This document shows, piece by piece, positions 61,641 through 64,000 of a DNA stretch of 64,000 bases. Made by a program: the position numbers and the translations under genes. Numbering within the stretch: position 1 is the stretch's first letter; every line of letters begins with the position of its first letter. The notes under the pieces are model-generated. The model did not search any database, was not told where the DNA came from, and saw nothing but the letters and a program-made list of their open reading frames with translations. Source of the DNA: Laetmonice hystrix (lineage: Eukaryota); assembly GCA_965235115.1 (NCBI GenBank), contig OZ249436.1, positions 28,088,001-28,152,000 on the forward strand. The letters run 5' to 3'.

Positions 61641-63261
61641 GTATTACTTTACTTCATTACTGTTGATGTGACATGTACACGATACATAGTCTTTTTTATT
61701 GAGATTATATAATATACTTTGTCTTTGCTTCAGTGATGCAATATTATATTTACTTGATATTGGCCTCATATGACATACCAGTCCCAAATTTTCAGTCTCT
61801 TAATATTTATATTATTATAATTTTTGCTTCAGTGATACAACATTATAGTTAATTGATATTGGCCACTGCATATATGCCAATGCCAATGAAAGATCGCTGG
61901 GATTCGACTGTCCTGAGTTTGCAGCCCATCTAGGATCTGGCTCACATTTAACCATTTTATTTACGTTGCAATTACATCGAGTGATGTGATGCGTTCACGA
62001 CATAAATGTTGTGTTCACTGTTAGGCTCAGCCATTGAGAGACCATCGAGTGTTCTGTTGGATCAGCGCGACAGCAGTTCAAATGTTCAGTCTCTTTTACA
62101 TTTATTTTACTTTTTGCTGCTTCAGAGATACATTATTATAATATTAACAATATTTTGTTGGCCGTATATGCCATTGGGAGATCGTGGGTTTCCCCTGGAT
62201 TAGCAGCCTATCAGTATCACATGTGTGCCTAACATTTGATTTACGTTCAATTTATATTATATTACATTTATGTTATTATACATGTACATATGTATTATTA
62301 TTACATGTAAACCATGGTTTTTCGCCACTGATTGACATATCATCTAGGCTTATCTCTATCATCAAATTCGTAAATATCAGTTTAATTTCATAATCGTATA
62401 TTACGTAACGATTTACATTATGCTAAATGAATTATTCAGTATAATATTATACTTGCCCTATACGGCCAATGTTATACACAACATGAATTATTCAATCTGG
62501 GCGTTTTGTCATTGACTTTGGCTCTACAATGAGCCCTTCAATTCAATCAATTTCAATGAGCGGGTTGTTACCCTGGCCATGTTCCCTTGTACGGCTTCTG
62601 TTCATGATGGCGACTACACGATTGAGGTCCAAGCCCAAGCTCCCACGGAATTCTCCGATCTTCATGCCCCCATGCAAGAGGGAGCGTCTCATTATGGGTC
62701 AAGCGGAACCGGGTCGGCCTCGACTATTTCGCAAGGATTCGCGGCTGGTGTCCAGACGGTTCCCATTTACGACTGTTCAGGGAGGTTGGAGTCTCCTTGA
62801 AACTCCGTATGGACGCTTCAGTTAAAATGGGATTTGGAGCGGTTTTTCGGATCTGACTAGATAATAGGCCTAGCCGGTGTCCATCTTCGTTGGATCGACA
62901 AGATGTTTTTATTGGAGCTATACCTCCATTTTTTTTTTTTTTTTTGCAGTTGCCCTGTGTGGGGAATATGTTTGAAACTCCATGGTTGAGTTTCATACCA
63001 TAATATTTGTGACACAATCATTAACTCAACTTGACCTTCAAAGAATCAAGGAAACAAGGGAAAGCAGATGATTTGCATCGGTTGCAGAATAGGCGTTTCA
63101 TTTCCCTGCATCCCTGCACTGTGTGTTGTGGGTGGCTCCACCTGCTTGTTCCAAGCAGGTTAGTGGCCTGCGTCGCCACTCACATTTAACTGTTCAACAC
63201 ATTTTTAACCCTTTAACACATATTTTTTAACGATAATGTTCCTATTTTTAGATTTGGGAAC

Positions 63262-63560
63262 ATAGACATTAATGGTTTCGAGACGGTGCAGTGTGGACTC
63301 ACTGTCAAGAGTAATACCAATTCATGGACATTTACTTATTGTTACCGTTAGTTGTAATTTTCTACCATATCTATTCCCATGACAATGCAGTGTGGGCTCA
63401 TTGTCAAAAATGGGACATTAATGGTTTCGAGACGGTGCAGTGAGGGCTCACTGTCAAGAGTAATACCAATTCATGGACATTTACTTATTGTTACCGTTAG
63501 TTGTAATTTTCTACCATATCTATTCCCATGACAATGCAGTGTGGGCTCATTGTCAAGAAT
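63262..63560. repeat. 149-bp two-copy tandem duplication carrying dyad motifs
   Basis: gacattaatggtttcgagacggtgcagtg...cattgtcaa twice. Confidence 0.9.
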
Positions 63561-64000
63561 GGGATGGTGACACCCTTTCTGTTCAGAAATAACCTAATTG
63601 TCCTAAACCTTTAATTAATGTTGGACACGTGCAGTGTGGGCTCACTGTCCAACTTATATTTTTAATATTATAATAAACGGGTGTTGCCCAAATAACAACA
63701 TTATCTGTTTCCGAGTGTTGCCTGCATAAAGGCACGTTGTAACCGAAGGTTCAACGAATTTTATGCAGGAAAACACGAGAGGCCTACTGTCTGAATCAGT
63801 GCCGTCATGGCAACAACTTTCTGGGTCATGTGTTGAATAATTATGTCACGCCGAATCCCATCATGCATCATGCCGCAACCGGTTGACGACCGTGACGTTG
63901 TCCTTGAATCTTCCCACTTTCTTCAAGACACGCAGGGTAACGGTTTTCAGTGCCTCCACCGCCCCACCTGCCGCCTTAGGCCATCTGTTTGATGGGCTCT

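Larger units (their letters stand above)
57024..63952. mobile_element. Unclassified non-coding element bounded by 228-bp direct repeats (57024-57251 and 63725-63952)
   Basis: The repeats differ at one position by eye; no TG..CA ends, no TSD, no recognisable coding domain. Confidence 0.55.

Noticed and set aside
62529..62825. GC-richer ORFs inside the right-hand element
   Set aside because: Could be a captured fragment, but no motif or splice context supports a call.
57024..63952. LTR retrotransposon or hammerhead retrozyme
   Set aside because: No TG...CA ends, TSD or gag/pol remnants; no CTGANGA...GAAA core seen by eye in the direct repeat on either strand.

Overview
Eukaryotic (invertebrate-like animal) genomic DNA, not prokaryotic. 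The minus strand carries 32 internal GT-AG exons (5045-56553, about 2,020 codons, all reading phases compatible) of an ADGRV1/VLGR1/GPR98 orthologue: tandem Calx-beta domains with an EAR/EPTP repeat block. Both gene ends lie outside the window. A 21.5-kb intron (33644-55117) holds an intact, intronless, antisense SLC35G/EamA-like transporter ORF (46105-47127). That ORF lies downstream of a triplicated non-coding module carrying many MITEs (Mutator-, Harbinger-, Kolobok- and hAT-like). The most unusual signal is that unrelated tandem arrays are repeatedly anchored on splice sites. Six donor-side arrays or duplications multiply the exon end and/or a GT donor, a seventh starts 9 nt after a donor, and two acceptor-side arrays multiply branch-point/acceptor-region sequence. 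One 51-bp array supplies 11 extra in-frame donors. The right end holds a 6.9-kb non-coding element bounded by 228-bp near-identical direct repeats and filled with related satellites. Coordinates were read by eye; repeat edges are approximate and family assignments were not checked against databases.
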